From the NCBI GenBank assembly GCA_028534125.1, contig CM052817.1:56978001-57042000 (forward strand): a DNA stretch of 64,000 nucleotides, in the 5' to 3' direction. Made by a program: the position numbers and the translations under genes. Of this stretch, positions 37,596-51,900 are shown piece after piece (position 1 is the stretch's first letter; every line of letters starts with the position of its first letter). The DNA comes from Lama glama. Its lineage: Eukaryota. A model generated the notes under the pieces. That model did no database searches, was not told the DNA's origin, and worked only from the letters and a program-made list of their open reading frames with translations.

Positions 37596-40243
37596 CACTA
37601 TGTTATACTGTGTCTGCATATAATATAGAAAACTGTCTCAGAGATCACAGTGACATGGCCAGTAAGTGGTAGAGCCCATACTCAAAACAAGGCCTGCCTA
37701 AATCCAAAGCCCACACTGTTGGCCATCCTACATCTCCTACATCCTACATGAGTCACCAGAACTCCTCTTAATCCCTGGTTTTTCTCTCTATTAAAGAGGA
37801 CTCTTGCTTAAATAAGTTGATCAAAGTGGACGTTCAGGAATGGAATAAACATTTAGGGACTTCATAAGGATGTAAGCTGAAAAGATAAGATTCCTTCCCT
37901 TCTCACACTTTTTACTCACTATTTTCTCTCCTCCTCAGTGGAAGCTAGTGGGTCTTTTGGCACAGTAACACTCCAGAGTCATGCTAAGAAAGAGTGCAAT
38001 TTAGTAAGAAAAAAGTTGAATTGTCTCATACATGCACTATTCTGATTAAAACTGAAAAACTTAATTCTGCTGGGTGAGATCTACTTTTGCCTTCCTTTAA
38101 GGATAATCTTAAACTGAGGCCTTCTGCTAGAAGGGAGTCAGTTCCCAGAGATGAAATCAAAGGAGAAAACAGTGGAGGCAATCAAAGTGAGGTGAATGCC
38201 TGGTGCATCATGAGGCTGCTTCTGTGCAAAATAAAAGGGACCTCAATGCATCATCCTGGAATCCTATTCATGTTCCTGACCCACTAGCAGTAATTCTGTT
38301 TTCTTTCTGGTTCCTGCATTCCCTCCTAGCACCACAAAGGTATAGTGGGCAACGCTTGCTGCTCAGCCACCTGGAATTCTTTGTAAAACAGCATCATAAA
38401 CAAGGTATATTTGTTTATCTGAAATTTTTTTTCTTACATCTCTCTTAAAGTTGAACAACCAGAACCACAAACAGTTTTACACATGGAAGTACTGTCCTTT
38501 CAGATTCATTTTTGTAGCCTGATTGGTTTTAGGGCCAACAAATTCAGCAGTTGAGAGACTCAGGGTAGTTGTCAATAACAAAGGCAAAACTGGTATCTCA
38601 GAATCCATAAGGCTATAGGTACAGTTTTTATTTATTTTTTCTAATAATAGTACCACAAGCAGACACAAACACCAGGATTGTCTGCTGCTTCTATGCTGAT
38701 TCACACAGCCTTAAAAGAACTTTCTTTAGTTTACTCAAATAATCTTAGCATTTGTCTACTTAAGGAACCTAATATAAGAGCAAAACCCAGAGATCTTTCT
38801 CTGCAGTCCCTTTCCTGGAACCATATTATTTTCACCTTTGCATTAAAAGGGGACCATTTATTATCATTTTTTAAGCAGAGTATTTATTAAAAGGGAAAAT
38901 GCATTTTGCGTTTGATATATGAAACTATAGTCAAAACAAATGCATGTTAACTTCAGATGAGTTTAGGTCCAGAGTATCTTTCTATATCAATTTTTGAAGG
39001 AAGAATTTATAAAGGAAGTGCAATTTTAAATGTTTCTTGAAGAAAATGAGGGAAAGCAAGGATTAAGAGGTAGATGAACTAAAATTTATGCCAAGCATTG
39101 TGTTATTTGCTTTAATGTATTAACTCATTTAATTTAACTACAATCCTGTGAGATAAATATCTCCAAAAGAGGAATCTTCGGCTCATGAAGGAAAAATGTG
39201 CTACTCAAATTATAGAGTTAAAATTCTAACCCAGGTCCAGTTGGACTTAAAAGCCACTGGGTACTGATGAGTATTTCCCAAAATGTATTTCAAGAAACAG
39301 CACTGCCACAGGAAGTTGAAAATCATAGTTTTAAACAGACAAATAAGTTTAGAAAATTCTGGTTTAAACAATGTCCATTTTTCTTTTAATTGCAAGATGG
39401 TTAAAGACATTCATATACAAATTAAGGTGTAAATCTTTAAGACAAGTTATATTTATACAGCATTTCTGTAACTCATCTGACTGCTGAAGCCCTTTGCATA
39501 GCTTCCTAGGGTCCTGATGGGTGTTTCATGGAACACTTTTTGAGAAACAGTCTGACTCTCTCACTAGCACCCAGAACTAGAATCATTATCAAGATTAGAA
39601 GCTTGGATGAGCTTTATGTTTGCAAGTTTCCATTAAGCTTTGTGTATGTAGATCAATGAGGTTTAAACATATCAACAGAAAATACGTTAAGCTATGTTTT
39701 TGCTGTCACATAATACAACGGACCACTTTAAGCCAAACAGACAAAATGGTTCACTTGCCAAAATAAATGAGAACATGCACCAGAGGTTCATAGTATAGCA
39801 AAGTGAAATAACATTGTTGCCAAGTCAACCTCTGCAAAGGAGCGAAAGGAAGGAAAATGTGATGATGGTAAATAGCTCTATCAATGAGCTTTTAAGAAAG
39901 GAATTTAACAAATTTTCTATTGCAAATAATGTACAATTAAGTAGGCTATTTGACCTTCTCCAATGATTTCAGTTGAAGGACTGTAATCCTAGGGGACAAT
40001 GTTTAGGGCAAATTGTCCATCAAAATGTTGGTATTCATTATATTCATCAGTGAGTCCTTGGGGTCTGAATATATCATGACTTATACAAAGCAAATCTCAT
40101 GGCAGTCTTCCTTGAAACAAAAGCTGGCTCTTTTTAAAACTGAACTGGCAGAAGGTAACTTCAGTTTTGAGGTATGGGAATAAGTTTACAATTCAGTCTT
40201 ACCAAAAAAGTTGTTATAGATGTAAAATATCTATGGTTTAAAT

Positions 40244-40262
40244 ACACACAGGCACACACACA

Positions 40263-40304
<42 letters not shown>
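40244..40304. repeat. (CA)n microsatellite
   Basis: About 20 pure CA units with an interrupted 5' portion. Confidence 0.97.
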
Positions 40305-40305
<1 letters not shown>

Positions 40306-40444
40306 TCTTCTCTTTTTCTTTCCCATCTTCCTTTTGCCCTTAAGTTCCTATAAGACCACAAGCTAGTGCTTACTAAGTAGAAACTGCTATTTTCATTCTT
40401 CCCATCTTGAATGAGGTTATTCTGAATGATTCCTCATAGCTTGT

Positions 40445-40670
40445 GCAGTGTAGCAGTTAACGGCACTTTATAGCTTTACAGACCTGGATTTGACTCCAAG
40501 TCACAACACAAAATAGTTGTGAGACCTCATTTAAGTTTTTAACTTTTTAAGATTCAGTTTCCTCTTCTGTAAAATAGACTTGCTGTGACTGTCAAATTAT
40601 GTGTTATTGTAAAGAGCATGGCAGAGTTTCGGGCATATAAGTGTGTTCCAAACTGGTAGCTATTACTAAG
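40445..40670 (+). mobile_element. MIR SINE
   Basis: cagacctggatttga...tcagtttcctcttctgtaaaat...tgtaaagagc. Confidence 0.75.
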
Positions 40671-41255
40671 CTCTGACTATTGTGAACATAAACCTCCCAT
40701 CCAACACTGGCAAAGGAAATGGGCAGTATTATAATCTCAAATGTTTCCACAGAGGCTTCTTTAACAACAAAGAACAGTAACCTAAGTCCCACCACTTATG
40801 CTCCCCATGGCATGTGAGTCCATGGGGGCCTAACACCCAAAGAAATGAAGATATTTCTTTAGAATGTGTCTTCACCTCCTAAAACAATGTAAATTTTGAT
40901 TTGTATTTAAAATATATCCCTGTTTACTTAATATGAAAATGCTTTCAAATTATTTACCACTAAGGAAAATTAATAGTTAAGGAAAATATCAGGCAGCAAA
41001 TAATCAAGTTTGAGAAGCACAAGTTAGATAAGCCTGCATTAGGTCATACAATCAGTGTGTGGTTAACTCCCCTTCACTATGAGCTTAGAATATTACTACT
41101 TAGCATGTGTTCTATAATTTCTTGGCCATAAACATTTATTGAATGCTGCCCTGACACTGCTCAATCTAGTAAGAGCCCTTCTCACTAAGGGTTTTGGTGA
41201 GGGAGTGGTGAGTTGAAATAGTGTCAGAAGAAGTAGAATAAAAATCATAGTCAAG

Positions 41256-41390
41256 GAAGAGAATAGCCCAACGGTAGAGCATGTGCCTACAATGCACGAG
41301 GCCCTGGGTTCAATGCCCAGTACCTCCATTAAATAAACAAACAAACAAAACTAATTATCTCCCCTCTAAAAAAATTTTTTAAAAATTTGT
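41256..41390 (+). mobile_element. Camelid tRNA-derived SINE (Vic-1-like)
   Basis: atagcccaacggtagagc...gaggccctgggttcaatgcccagtacc. 14-bp TSD aaatcatagtcaag / aaatcacggtcaag. Confidence 0.88.
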
Positions 41391-41729
41391 AAATCACGGT
41401 CAAGCAGGAGTAAAGGACAAACAAGAGTCTTTACTCCAGTACAAAATAATGAGGTCAAAAGAAAAGTTCAGTGTACCAAGAAATAGATCAAAGCAAGTCA
41501 GGAAGGAAGCTGTGAATGACAGGTTTGTGTCATCGTGTATTGGCTGTGTGGTGTGGGAACAGGTAAGCCAGGGAAATGCTGACCATGTACAAGAGATTAT
41601 GCTAGGTGCTATAATCTATCCAAGCCATGGAAGCCAAGAAGGCAAATTCTTTATCCTTCAAAATCTAATAATTTTAAATTAGGCAGTAAAAACAAACACA
41701 GCATTTTGATTTTTTTTAGAATACAATAT

Positions 41730-41970
41730 TAAAATGGTTAACATCTACTAAACAACCAACATGTGTCAGGTTCTTTTCTGAAGACTTTATAAGCATTAAC
41801 TTATTTAATCCTTACAAAAAGTGGGTGCAAGTAATTATCTCATTTTACTGATACAGAAATAAGCTCAAAGAGGTTAAATAAGTTGCCCAAGATTATATAG
41901 CTAATGAGTAGAAGAACCAATATTCAAGTTCAGGTGGTCTGGTTCGTTGTACTTACACTTAACCACCAAA
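41730..41970 (-). mobile_element. MIR SINE
   Basis: ttatttaatcctta...cattttactgat..agaaataagctcaaagaggttaaataagttgcccaag. Confidence 0.8.
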
Positions 41971-42059
41971 CCATGATGTAATTAGGAAGCAGAACAGGGC
42001 CCAGGAAAAAGACTGAGGCCAGGAGAGTGGTGGCCAAAAAACCCTAGAGAAGAGTAGTG

Positions 42060-42635
42060 TATTTCTCAGAACACTTTCAGGTCGAAGTGGAAAAAAAAAA
42101 AAAAACTAAACTAAAAATACTTTAACCAAAAAAAGATGAGTTAATTCATGTAACTAAGTTCAGACATCGCTAGATTCTGACACAAGTGGATCACTAATGC
42201 AAATTATGTTATTAGCTCGGTTTCTTGGCTCACTCTCTCTCTCTATCACCTGCCTCATCTCTCACCTTTGATTTACTCTGTGTAGTATTCTAATTCCATA
42301 TTATTACAAAATTGCCCATTATTTTCCTCAATGCAGACAAAGAAGTTAACCAGAGGCAACTCAAAAGCCCACCAAATGTCTATAATGCCCTAACTCAAAA
42401 ATTAATAAAGAGAATGTCTTTCTCCAATACCCATATATAGAACCCAAGGAAGGATTAAGATTGCTTCTGCTTGGATCCCTCTAAACAAATTTTTCTGACT
42501 ATAAGGATGGAGAATCAAGTTTGGCCAGGCCTTGGTTACACTCACGGCCAAAGGCAGAAACTGTTTAAAAAAGAGGGGAAGGAGGGCAGAGGGATAAGAT
42601 AAAAAGCAACCCATTATTTAGAAACAATATCTACT
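42060..42635 (-). mobile_element. MLT1K/J-like LTR
   Basis: tcagaacactttcaggt.gaagtgg...tttaacca...attcatgtaact; ttggccaggccttggttaca. Confidence 0.5.
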
Positions 42636-43389
42636 AGAGTGCATTATGAATGGCATATGGAATTTGCTTGTCTAGAGTCATGGGATAATATGGCAGATCT
42701 AGTATTTTATCCGAGCTGAGACAGGCAAATGACTTTCAAACTGGCCCTTAATAACAATCACAGTGATTTCAAGAGTAAACAATTGTGTACCACTTCATAG
42801 CTGAAAAGACATTTCCACACATTACTTCCTTTATAAAATGATTCACTTTCCTTTCACTCTTGCCAGAAGATGGCCACTAATTTGCTGTCATCTCTTCAGA
42901 GATCTACTCTCAGAAATATTGATCTGAATGCCTAATGTTTCACTTCTTCCAAAACCAGCATTATAGGCTATGGATGATCTAAGTACTCCAGAAGCAAAAT
43001 AGTTTAGCCTTGATCTCAGCAACTGCCCTTTAACACAATACTCTGAACCTCCCACATCTGAAGCTACCACTCAGCCAATGGTCAATGTTCAAGGATCCAC
43101 TGCAGCAATGCCCTACTGATAAAGCTTAAGTATAGTTTTTAATGCCCAAAATGGGATCCATTAGTCTCAGCATATAAACTTTCACATGCTATAAATGTAA
43201 GGTTGAGACTATAAAAAGAGTGCTGATGTCAAAACTGTTGCAAATTTATGTTTACGTGAAGTATTTCAACACAGAAAATTAAAATAAACTACAGGGATAG
43301 GTATCAGCAAAATGTTTGGAATGTTCTGGGTAGTTAACACAGATTAACAACAGGTATAAAATGATATATGTAGCTAGTTGGTTTAATAA

Positions 43390-44770
43390 CAAATCTTTTT
43401 TGATTGGCTGCCATGGACCAGGCACTGTGCTTGTCACTGGGCATGAAAATATAAATGATGTCATCTCTGCACTTGAGGTGCTTAATATTTAAAGGGGAAA
43501 AACAATATATATGCATAGTAAGGATATAATAGGGTGTTTGCTGAGCTAAAGGTATACTCAGAGTACCAAGGGAGACTCAGGTACTAAGGGACTACAGAGA
43601 AAGGGAAACTGAACCAGTTTGGAGGTTAAGCATAGGTTTCCTAGAAATTATAATACCTGAGTTGAGATCTAAAAGAAGGGTAAGAATATCCATATGAAGG
43701 AAATGTAGGACAGACATTCAAGGCAAATGGAAAATATCAACAAATGTGAACTGTGGAACAGCGAGAGGCATATCGAGATAAATCAAATTTTCTAAGTGTA
43801 AATTATAAGGCATCATAAGGCATGAAGTTGGGGGAAATGAAGCTGAAGGGATGTGTTATGAACTGAATGTGTCACCCCAAACTTCGTATGTTGAAGCCCT
43901 AACCCTCAATGTGATGCTATTAGGAGGCTGAGTCTTACAGGTACTTAAGTTTAGATGAGATCATAAGGATGAAGCCCTTGTGATGGGATTAGTGTCCCTA
44001 TAAGAAGAGGAAGAGACATAAAAGTTTCCTTTCTCCACCAGCTGAGGATCCAGTATGAAGGGGTCATCTGCAAGGCAGGAAGAGGGCTCTCACCAGGAAC
44101 TGAATCTGCTGGCACCCTGATCTTAGAACTCTTGGCCTCCAGAACTATGATAAATAAGTGTTTGTTGTTTAAGCCACCCAGTCTGTGGTATTTTGTTACA
44201 GCAGCCTGAGCAGACTAAGATAGGTAGGTAAGAATAAGTTTATGGAAGGTCCCAAATGCCTTATTGAGAAGCTTTCATTTTACTTTGTAAGCAACAGGAA
44301 GTCACTGAAGGTTATAAGCAGAGGCCAAAATTGGAGTTATATTTAGATTAATCATTGGCAAATTTGCTGAGAATGGGTACAAGTTATACAGCAGACAGAC
44401 TCACCCATGAGGAGGCTGTTGCAGTTAGTCAAAGAGAGAGGTATTTAGAGCTTGTACTGGTATAAACAGGAAGAGACCAAGACTCAACAAATTTGTAGGA
44501 AGAGATCAAAATAATCAGATAGTGGTGATTATCATGTATGCAGTGAAGGAGCTAGAGAGGAGTTGAGTGAAACCTAAGTAACAGACCTAGAGCAATGGGT
44601 AGAAGGCAGTAAAAATAAAGAGCATCAGGAATACAGGAAAGCGCACAAAGAGGGGAAGAAGAATACACACCTCTGACACAGAATGTTTAACCTACCTGAG
44701 GAACATCTATGTATGTCCAGCAAAAAAGTTGCTTTTGAGCCTCATTCTCAGTGGAGAGTCAGAAACACAT
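43390..44770 (-). mobile_element. L2 3' region split by MLT1A
   Basis: ccaggcactgtgct...tctgcacttgagg...ttgagatctaaaaga; resumes after the LTR with aagcaacaggaagtcactgaagg...aggaggctgttgcag. Confidence 0.75.
43854..44222 (+). mobile_element. MLT1A-type MaLR solo LTR
   Basis: tgttatgaactgaatgtgt...tatgttgaagccctaacc...ggcctccagaact...agccacccagtctgtggtattttgttacagcagcc...gactaagata. Confidence 0.9.
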
Positions 44771-45199
44771 ATTTGTATAACCTGAGTGAAAAAAAGATTT
44801 CATAAATTTTTAGATAAGAAAGAAGAAAACTCATATGTGGAAATAATCAGGAATCATAATGGCTTTAGACCTCTTAAAAACAACACTGAAAGTCTGAAGA
44901 CAATGAACCTTAAGGCTGTGGCCCCACACAAGCCTGATATGCCAGTCCTTGTAATTAAATCTAGAGGGAGAGGCAGGTCTTGAAAATAACAGTGGGTATA
45001 GGTTTTGTCATATGGACTAAAATGGAATCAAATATATGAATATCCAATTGAGTGTTTGTAAGAGCTGAATTGGCAAAAGAGCCACGTTCTAGACTAAAAA
45101 GAAGTGAGACTGTTCAAGATGTTAAAAACGTCAGGTTCCCTGTTCCCTAACTTTTTAGAGGCAGATGGCAAGCTGAGATGTCTTCTCAGGCACCAAAAA

Positions 45200-45960
45200 G
45201 TGGCACTTTCAATGCACTCTTCAGAAACAACCAAATACAGAGATAGTAAAGGAAGAATGACTCAGAATCCAGAGAAGATCTTAGAGAAGGGGGGAAAAAA
45301 AGGAAGAAAATATTAAGAAATTATGGAGCAAGAGTACTGTAATAAGAGTTCCAAAAAAGGAAATTGGAAAAAAAACGGAAAAGGAGGTAATCAACAACTA
45401 AATCTTAAAACTCAAGGACATGAGTCTCCTCAAAGGCTTAAAGGGCCACCATATACACAGACTCACACTGAGGTACATCATTATAAATTTCAGAACATGG
45501 GGTGAAAGAGGAGATTCTATAAGCATTCTGAGAGGGAAAAAAACAGTTTATATGCAGAAGATAGAAATCAGAATGTGTTCAAATTTCTCAGAGCAACACT
45601 GGAAACTAGAAGATAGTGGAGAAATGTCTTCAAGATTATGAAAGAAAATTATTCCCAATCTGTAGTTCCATACCTAGGCAAACTACCAATCAAATGTGAG
45701 AGCAGAGTAAGATTGTTTTTAGATATTCAAGGTATGAAAAATACTTACTTCCCATGCATCATTTCTTAGGAAGCTATTAGAGGACACCCCACCAAACTGA
45801 GAGAGTAATCCAAGAAATAGGAAGTTATGGGATATAGGTAACAGAAAGCTGAATATATGAGAGAGACAAAGGGAATCCCAGGGTAATGGTGAATGAAGAC
45901 CCCAGGACGACAGCTGCATACCAACTGTATAGAAGGCAACCCACCCAGGTTTAAGGAGTG
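45200..45960 (+). mobile_element. HAL1 / old L1 ORF1-like remnant
   Basis: gcaacactggaaactagaagatagtgg...ctaggcaaacta..aatcaa...cccatgcatcatttcttaggaagcta...caagaaa.aggaag. A similar short piece lies at 44790-44910. Confidence 0.7.
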
Positions 45961-46519
45961 TACTCCAAAGTTAAATTTCCTGAGTGTTTTGGTATCATTA
46001 ACAAGATGGCTTGAATGGACCATGTACTGAGGACACACACTGCACTCTCAAAGAAGTTCTGCTTTTGCAAACTTCTGAGAACTGGAGGCTGGCTTGAGTG
46101 AAAATAGAATCAAAATATAGAGCAGCCCACCACCTCTGACCATATTCCTACTAAATAACCAGTACCTGGCTCAGTACAACCCTGCTGATAACCCACTGTG
46201 GTGAGCCCTACACCTCCTAAGACTAATTCATGGTTTTGTCCACTTCCCTCCCAGGAGTACCTATAATTCTCAGGGAAGCAGAAGCCAGACTATGAGTTGG
46301 AAACTTACTTCAGCTTTTCTTTTTCTGAAAGCTTGTATCTATCAATGGCACTATAGTCCTCTCCTTCACAGCTAGGTTTGTACTAGCTATTCTCTTTTTA
46401 TATTATCACCTTTCATATTCTTTTTATATGGAAATAATCACTGATCAAAATTAATAAAATATTAAATTGATAATACAAGAGAAAGGAAAAACATCTATAG
46501 GGATATAAATCAATCTGTT

Positions 46520-47085
46520 CATGGTGGTTTATCTTTCAGAGTGAAACAGAAAACCAGGCAGCCGAATAGAAAACCAATTTATTATATTGCAAACAGAGAA
46601 GTTATTTAACACATAAGTTACAAGGCTAAGAGAATACAGAGATAACACTAAGTAAAATTAGAGATAATACCTGCATGACACAGTTACGATCCTCAGTATG
46701 GGAAAACAAACAAACAAACAAACAAACAAAAAGAGATAGGGTTCTAAGAATCCAGACATGTAAAGGAAGGGCCTGGAGGAGTATGCTCAGACTTCTGTGG
46801 GGATCCCCATCTGTGCAGCTGTACTTCTGAGGAGTCCCTGAAGCTGGTTCTGCGATTGTCAAAAGAACATGGAGACTAGGGAAAACTGCCACTGGTAGGA
46901 CTAATACTGAATGGAATGGGAAGAAACAGAGAAGTCCCTTCTCCCTCCTCCTACCTCCTGTTGATAAAACTTTCCAGAAAGCCATCTGGTAAAGCCATCT
47001 GAGAAATATTATTGGCAGGGGCCCCAACTGCAGTATCACAGAGTAATGGAAGGAGAATTTGTTGTTCTGGAATCTAGATAATAAC
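46520..47085 (-). mobile_element. ERVL-type LTR (LTR40/50-like)
   Basis: acagagaagttatttaa...ctgaagctggttctgc...agtcccttctccctcct...gccccaactgcagtatcacaga. Confidence 0.5.
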
Positions 47086-49007
47086 TAGCTCAGGTGGCTA
47101 CATTCAGAGATGGGACTGAAGATGTGGGAGGGCTTAGCTTTTTCTGTGTGGTTTGAATCTTTTATAATAATGTATCTGCATGTTACTTGAAATTTAAAAA
47201 TAAAAATGTGTAAAGGAAGCTTTAGGTTGATTATCAAATGAAGTACATTTATATTTGTCCAATACATTCATGAAAGGAATAAAATTGTTTCCTAAGAAAG
47301 GTACCATTTTCTTTCATACTATTGCAGTGTCCAGCAGTGTTACACAGCATAAAGAAATTTCTGAATAATTCTAACTTAAAATAGAAACTTTTATATTCAA
47401 ATCTATTTTATGGTGAACAATTAAAAATAAAAAATGTGAAGTCCCGTTACCAAGAAATTTGCCAAAGGAATAGAAATTTGCTATGCGTTGGTCATGAGGA
47501 GATGAGGCCAAGACAGTCAGCCAAAAAGACCTGGCCTTGAATTTCTGCTTCACCACTAACTAGCAGTGAAATTTTGGGGCAAGTCTCTCTGATTTTCAAA
47601 GACTTAGTTTCCCCAAGTATAAAGTGAGGAAAAGATTTCCAAGTGAAAATATGGAAGCATCTAAAGTGAGAATAAATTAAACGGCTGTCATTAAAGAGAG
47701 CACAAAACATCAGAACTTTAGAAATCATTAACTGGAAAAAGTTGAAAATATTCAAACAGGTAAAATTTTCACCAGGATGTATATTTCTCTAGATTGATGT
47801 TACAGTTTTTCCTAAATTGAGTACACAAGTAGTGGCAATAGAGGATTTGTTCGTCAGAGATTTGATACTATTATTTGAATTTGTCTAATCTATGGAAAGT
47901 ATAAAATGCTGGATGCTACACTGATCTCTGCCTGAAAAAAGCCTAGCTAGTTGGCTCACACAATCGTAACCCCAAGACACCGAACACACACACACAGGCA
48001 AAGTATGTTCTTGGCTTTGGGTCTGCCATTGCTATTTGCAGAGACTAGTGATGTTTGCCTGATTCCAAGACAACAGGAATTACTTCAGTCTTCGTTCAAA
48101 TTTCATTTTGGATTGCTATATATCAAGTTTTCTGGCTTGCTGACATTGTTTTCCAGCCCTACACAATTCTGTCATCTTGTTTGAGGCTGGGTTTAAATTT
48201 GTCCATCCATTTTCTCTTTCACTTTGTAGTTACTCATTGCATTTTCCAATACCTCACTTAGCCAGGGTATATATTCTTAACTATATCACTCTAAATATTG
48301 GTAAACCTAGGCATGAGTGTTGGTCATTCACCCATTCATTCATTCATTCAAACATTTATTGTCTTCTATATATCAAGGCTTGATAATGAAATAAATAAGG
48401 CAAGATATTTGCCCTCAAAGATCTCTAGAAAGGAAAACAAACACAGAAACATAAAATTAAAATATTGTAAAAAATAATTTTTTTAAAAAAAAGCCCCTAA
48501 GAGGTAAGGAGGAGGAATAGATTCTTAGAGGAGCTCAATTTTATATTCAGGACAAATCCACAAATTTTAGCAGAATACGCTATACACTTCAGAATCTAAA
48601 GACATCCTTAGCAAATTTCTCATTCTTCTAAAATCCTCATCATCCCCACTGGCTGTTGTTTGTGTGGCTATGTGTTTATATGTACCTGAAGGTGTCTTTC
48701 TGTGAGTTGTTGTTGTTGTTGAGCTTATTGATGCTGTTGTGGAGTTTATTGATGTTGTTTGCTGTTTTGTTAATACTGTTCTTTGCTATATAGGCAGATT
48801 CGGTAACTTCTCCTTACTCCGTACTGCCAAAGAAGTCCTGGGTTATGTGAAAGCTTCCTTTGAATCAGATTGATGACCTTGGTCTCCAACTTGCAATCGA
48901 CATACAGTTACTAATTCATTGTACAGTACAATTCACAATACCTTTTTAAGACAAATGATTTTCAGACAAACAGAATTTGAGACATGAAGCAGTTCAACAA
49001 CCTAGTT

Positions 49008-49220
49008 CAGGGTTTCTCAACCTCAGGACCGCTGAAGTTTTGAGCCAGGTAGTTCTTTGTTGTGGAAGGCTGTCCTGTGGAGGATGTTTAGCAGCATCTC
49101 TGGCTTCTACCCACTAGATGCCAGTGGCCCTCTGCCTTTCAAGTTGTGATCATCAAAAATGTCTCCAGACATTGCCAACGTCCTTTCGAAGACAAACTAA
49201 CTCCCAATTAATACTATTGT
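49008..49220 (-). mobile_element. MER20 MITE
   Basis: cagggtttctcaacctc...aggatgtttagcagcatc...ctacccactagatgccag...aaaaatgtctccagacattgcc. Confidence 0.9.
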
Positions 49221-49469
49221 CTTAATTAAAGGAAATATTTCAGTAACTTTTAAATCAACTGTGACTTGCAGACTGTAGAGATATTTGAATAGTTCTGGCA
49301 CTATTGGCTAGGACTTTTCAGTTCTTGATATGGTTCCCAATCATGAATGGATCTGAGATAAGGATACATACAAATAGCCATAATTAAGAGATTAAAGTGA
49401 TAAATTATTGAGTATCTGAAATTTGGCAGGCAGTGCAGCGGCTGATTTGCATGCTAGTAGTGTATACTG

Positions 49470-49605
49470 AGCAATTATTATGTGTCTAGTAAATAAATGT
49501 TTTACATTCATTATCTCATTTACTCCTCACAACAACCCTACAATGTAGAGGCTATCTTTATTCCAGTGTTGCAGATAAAGAAACTGAGGCTTAGAAAGGT
49601 TAAAC
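49470..49605 (-). mobile_element. MIR fragment
   Basis: attatctcattta.tcctcacaacaaccct...cagataaagaaactgaggcttagaaaggttaa. Confidence 0.8.
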
Positions 49606-49608
49606 TGG

Positions 49609-51430
49609 AACTTTTAGTCAAAATGGCAGGCTGAACTGATATAGGACAACAATATCTTCTACTACTACAGAAACACAGAAATGCTAGATTCAGGAAAAAA
49701 AAATTTTTTTTTGATTTAAAATAAATAGTAAAGATTCAAAACAAGAAATGTAATTCTACAGGCACCAGAAATGAAAAAGGAATACATGATGGTAACAGGA
49801 TATTGAAATCAGATGGGTACAATGGAATTCTTTGTGTCTAAAGTCTTAATATTCCAACAGGAAATTGAAATTAGAGTCTCTGAATAAAGTCAGAAGTCAG
49901 GAAAATCCCCTTGGCAAAGCTCCACCTACTAGGGACGTGAAATAAATATGAGTCATCTTATTCTGAGGCTTCTTTACCTCAAGAAATAAGGTTCTCCAGC
50001 CTATACCTATCAAATGTGTGCAATCAGAATTCTTTCATTGCTTGCATGGAGACCCTGTGCAAAAACTTTAACTTAAAAATATGCCCAGAATGAGTGAACA
50101 TATAGAACTACATCAGAGGCAACCACAAAATTATCAACAAGGTCACATCCATAAATCAAAGGAAAAAAATTAAACCCCAAAAATAAATAGTACCATCAAA
50201 AGTGAGCTGACTAAAATTATAAAGCATGTAAAAACATGCTTTTTACATGGCCACATGGCTACAGAATTGCCATGACTAGTCAGCAGAAGTTGAAGAATCA
50301 TCAGTAACAGAAAAATCAAAAAGAGTCTTTTATAAAGACAAAAAATAGACTTACCATATGACCCAGTAATCCCACTCCTGGGCATATATCCAGAAGCAAT
50401 CCTAATTCAAAAAGACACATGCACCCCAATGTTCATAGCAGCACTATTTACAATAGCCAAGACATGGAAACAGTCTAAATGTCCATCGACAGATGACTGG
50501 ATAAAGAAGTTGTGGTATATTTGTACAATGGAATACTATTTAGCCATAAAAATGACAACATAATGCTATTTGCAACAACATGGATATCCCTGGATAATGT
50601 CATTCTAAGTGAACTAGGCCAGAAAGAGAAAGAAAAATACCATATGATATCACTCATGTGTGGAATCTAAAAAAGAAAAAAAAAAGACAATGACAAATGA
50701 AATTAAATATAAAACAGAAATAGACTCACAGATATAGAATACAAACATGTGGTTGCCAGTGGGAGGGGAGCAGAAAGTACAGACTAGGAGTTCAAGATTT
50801 GTAGATACTGAAAGGTATATATAGAATAGATAAACAAGTTTATACTGTATAGCACAGGGAAATATATATAAGATCTTGTAGTAGCTCACAGTGAAAAAGA
50901 ATATGAATATATGTATATTCATGTATGACTGAAAAAATGTGCTGTACACCAGAAATTGACACAACATTGTAAACTGACTATAACTCAATAAAAAAAAGTC
51001 TTTTATAGAGCAATGTAATTATTGTTTTATAATATCCAATGCTGTGGGAAAAAAAAACCCACAAGGAAAACAAAGAGTATTATTAAAGGAAGATATGGAA
51101 AACAGATTAAAATTTTTTAAGGAAAATTACAGTCACTGAAATTAAAAAAAAAAATCTCAGTAGCTAAGATAAACAAAAGATTCTTCTGAGAAGAGAATCC
51201 TCGACTGGAAGATAGCTCTTTAGGAATCATCCAAACAGTCTAGAGGGATACAGACAGAAAAATATGAGTGGTTAAGGGACATGGAAGATATAAAAAGAAA
51301 TTTCAACATAATTTAGTGGGCATATTAGAGGGAGAAAAATGAAAGAACAGAAGAAAGTAAATATTTGAAAAGATGCTGTCTGAGAAATCTTCAGAACTGA
51401 AAAAAGGCATGGGAAAGTATGGGTCATGAA
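49609..51430 (+). mobile_element. Ancient L1M 5'UTR/ORF1 remnant, interrupted by a young L1
   Basis: Starts with caaaatggcaggctgaac (decayed CAAGATGGCG start). A-rich ORF1-like sequence at 51050-51420. Confidence 0.55.
50335..50996 (+). mobile_element. 5'-truncated camelid L1 (ORF2 C-terminus and 3'UTR)
   Basis: Translates to DLPYDPVIPLLGIYPEAILIQKDTCTPMFIAALFTIAKTWKQSKCPSTDDWIKKLWY, the L1 ORF2p C-terminus. AATAAA with short poly(A). TSD agtcttttata (50324-50334 / 50997-51007). Confidence 0.95.
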
Positions 51431-51547
51431 AGGTATTAAGTTACTAAACCTGTATCTAATCACTGTACTACATACTACATCCTCACAAAAACTTATCATA
51501 TTTAACTACCATTTATTTATCATCTACTATTAGCAGGTCACTTACAT

Positions 51548-51749
51548 CAGTGCTTCTTAACAGGGGACAGTTTTGACTCCCAGAAGACATCTGGCAATGC
51601 CAGAGACAGTTACTGACCGTCACAACTGGGGAGTGAGAATGGGGAGAAACCAGGGATACCACTAAACATCCTGCCACACACAGGACAGCCTTCACAAGGG
51701 AGAATTATCTGGCCCAAAACGTCAATAGTGCTGAGGCTGAGAAACCCTG
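51548..51749 (+). mobile_element. MER20 MITE
   Basis: cagtgcttcttaac...gacatctggcaatg...gaattatctggcccaaaacgtcaatagtgctgaggctgagaaaccctg. Confidence 0.9.
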
Positions 51750-51774
51750 CTTTACGTATACTGACACTAATATT

Positions 51775-51900
51775 CATAATCCAAAAGTAGATATTATTTC
51801 TGATGAAGAGGTGAAAGGGTTTAAGTTACTTGCCCAAGGCCATGCAGCTAGTAAACAGTAGAGCTGAGATCCAAATCTATGTTGGTCTTACACCACAACC
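51775..51900 (-). mobile_element. MIR fragment
   Basis: aagttacttgcccaaggccatgcagctagtaaa...agagctgagatccaaa. Confidence 0.7.

Noticed and set aside
49008-51749. Inverted MER20 pair as ends of a composite transposon
   Set aside because: The copies are independently diverged with no shared outer TSD. MER20 is abundant.
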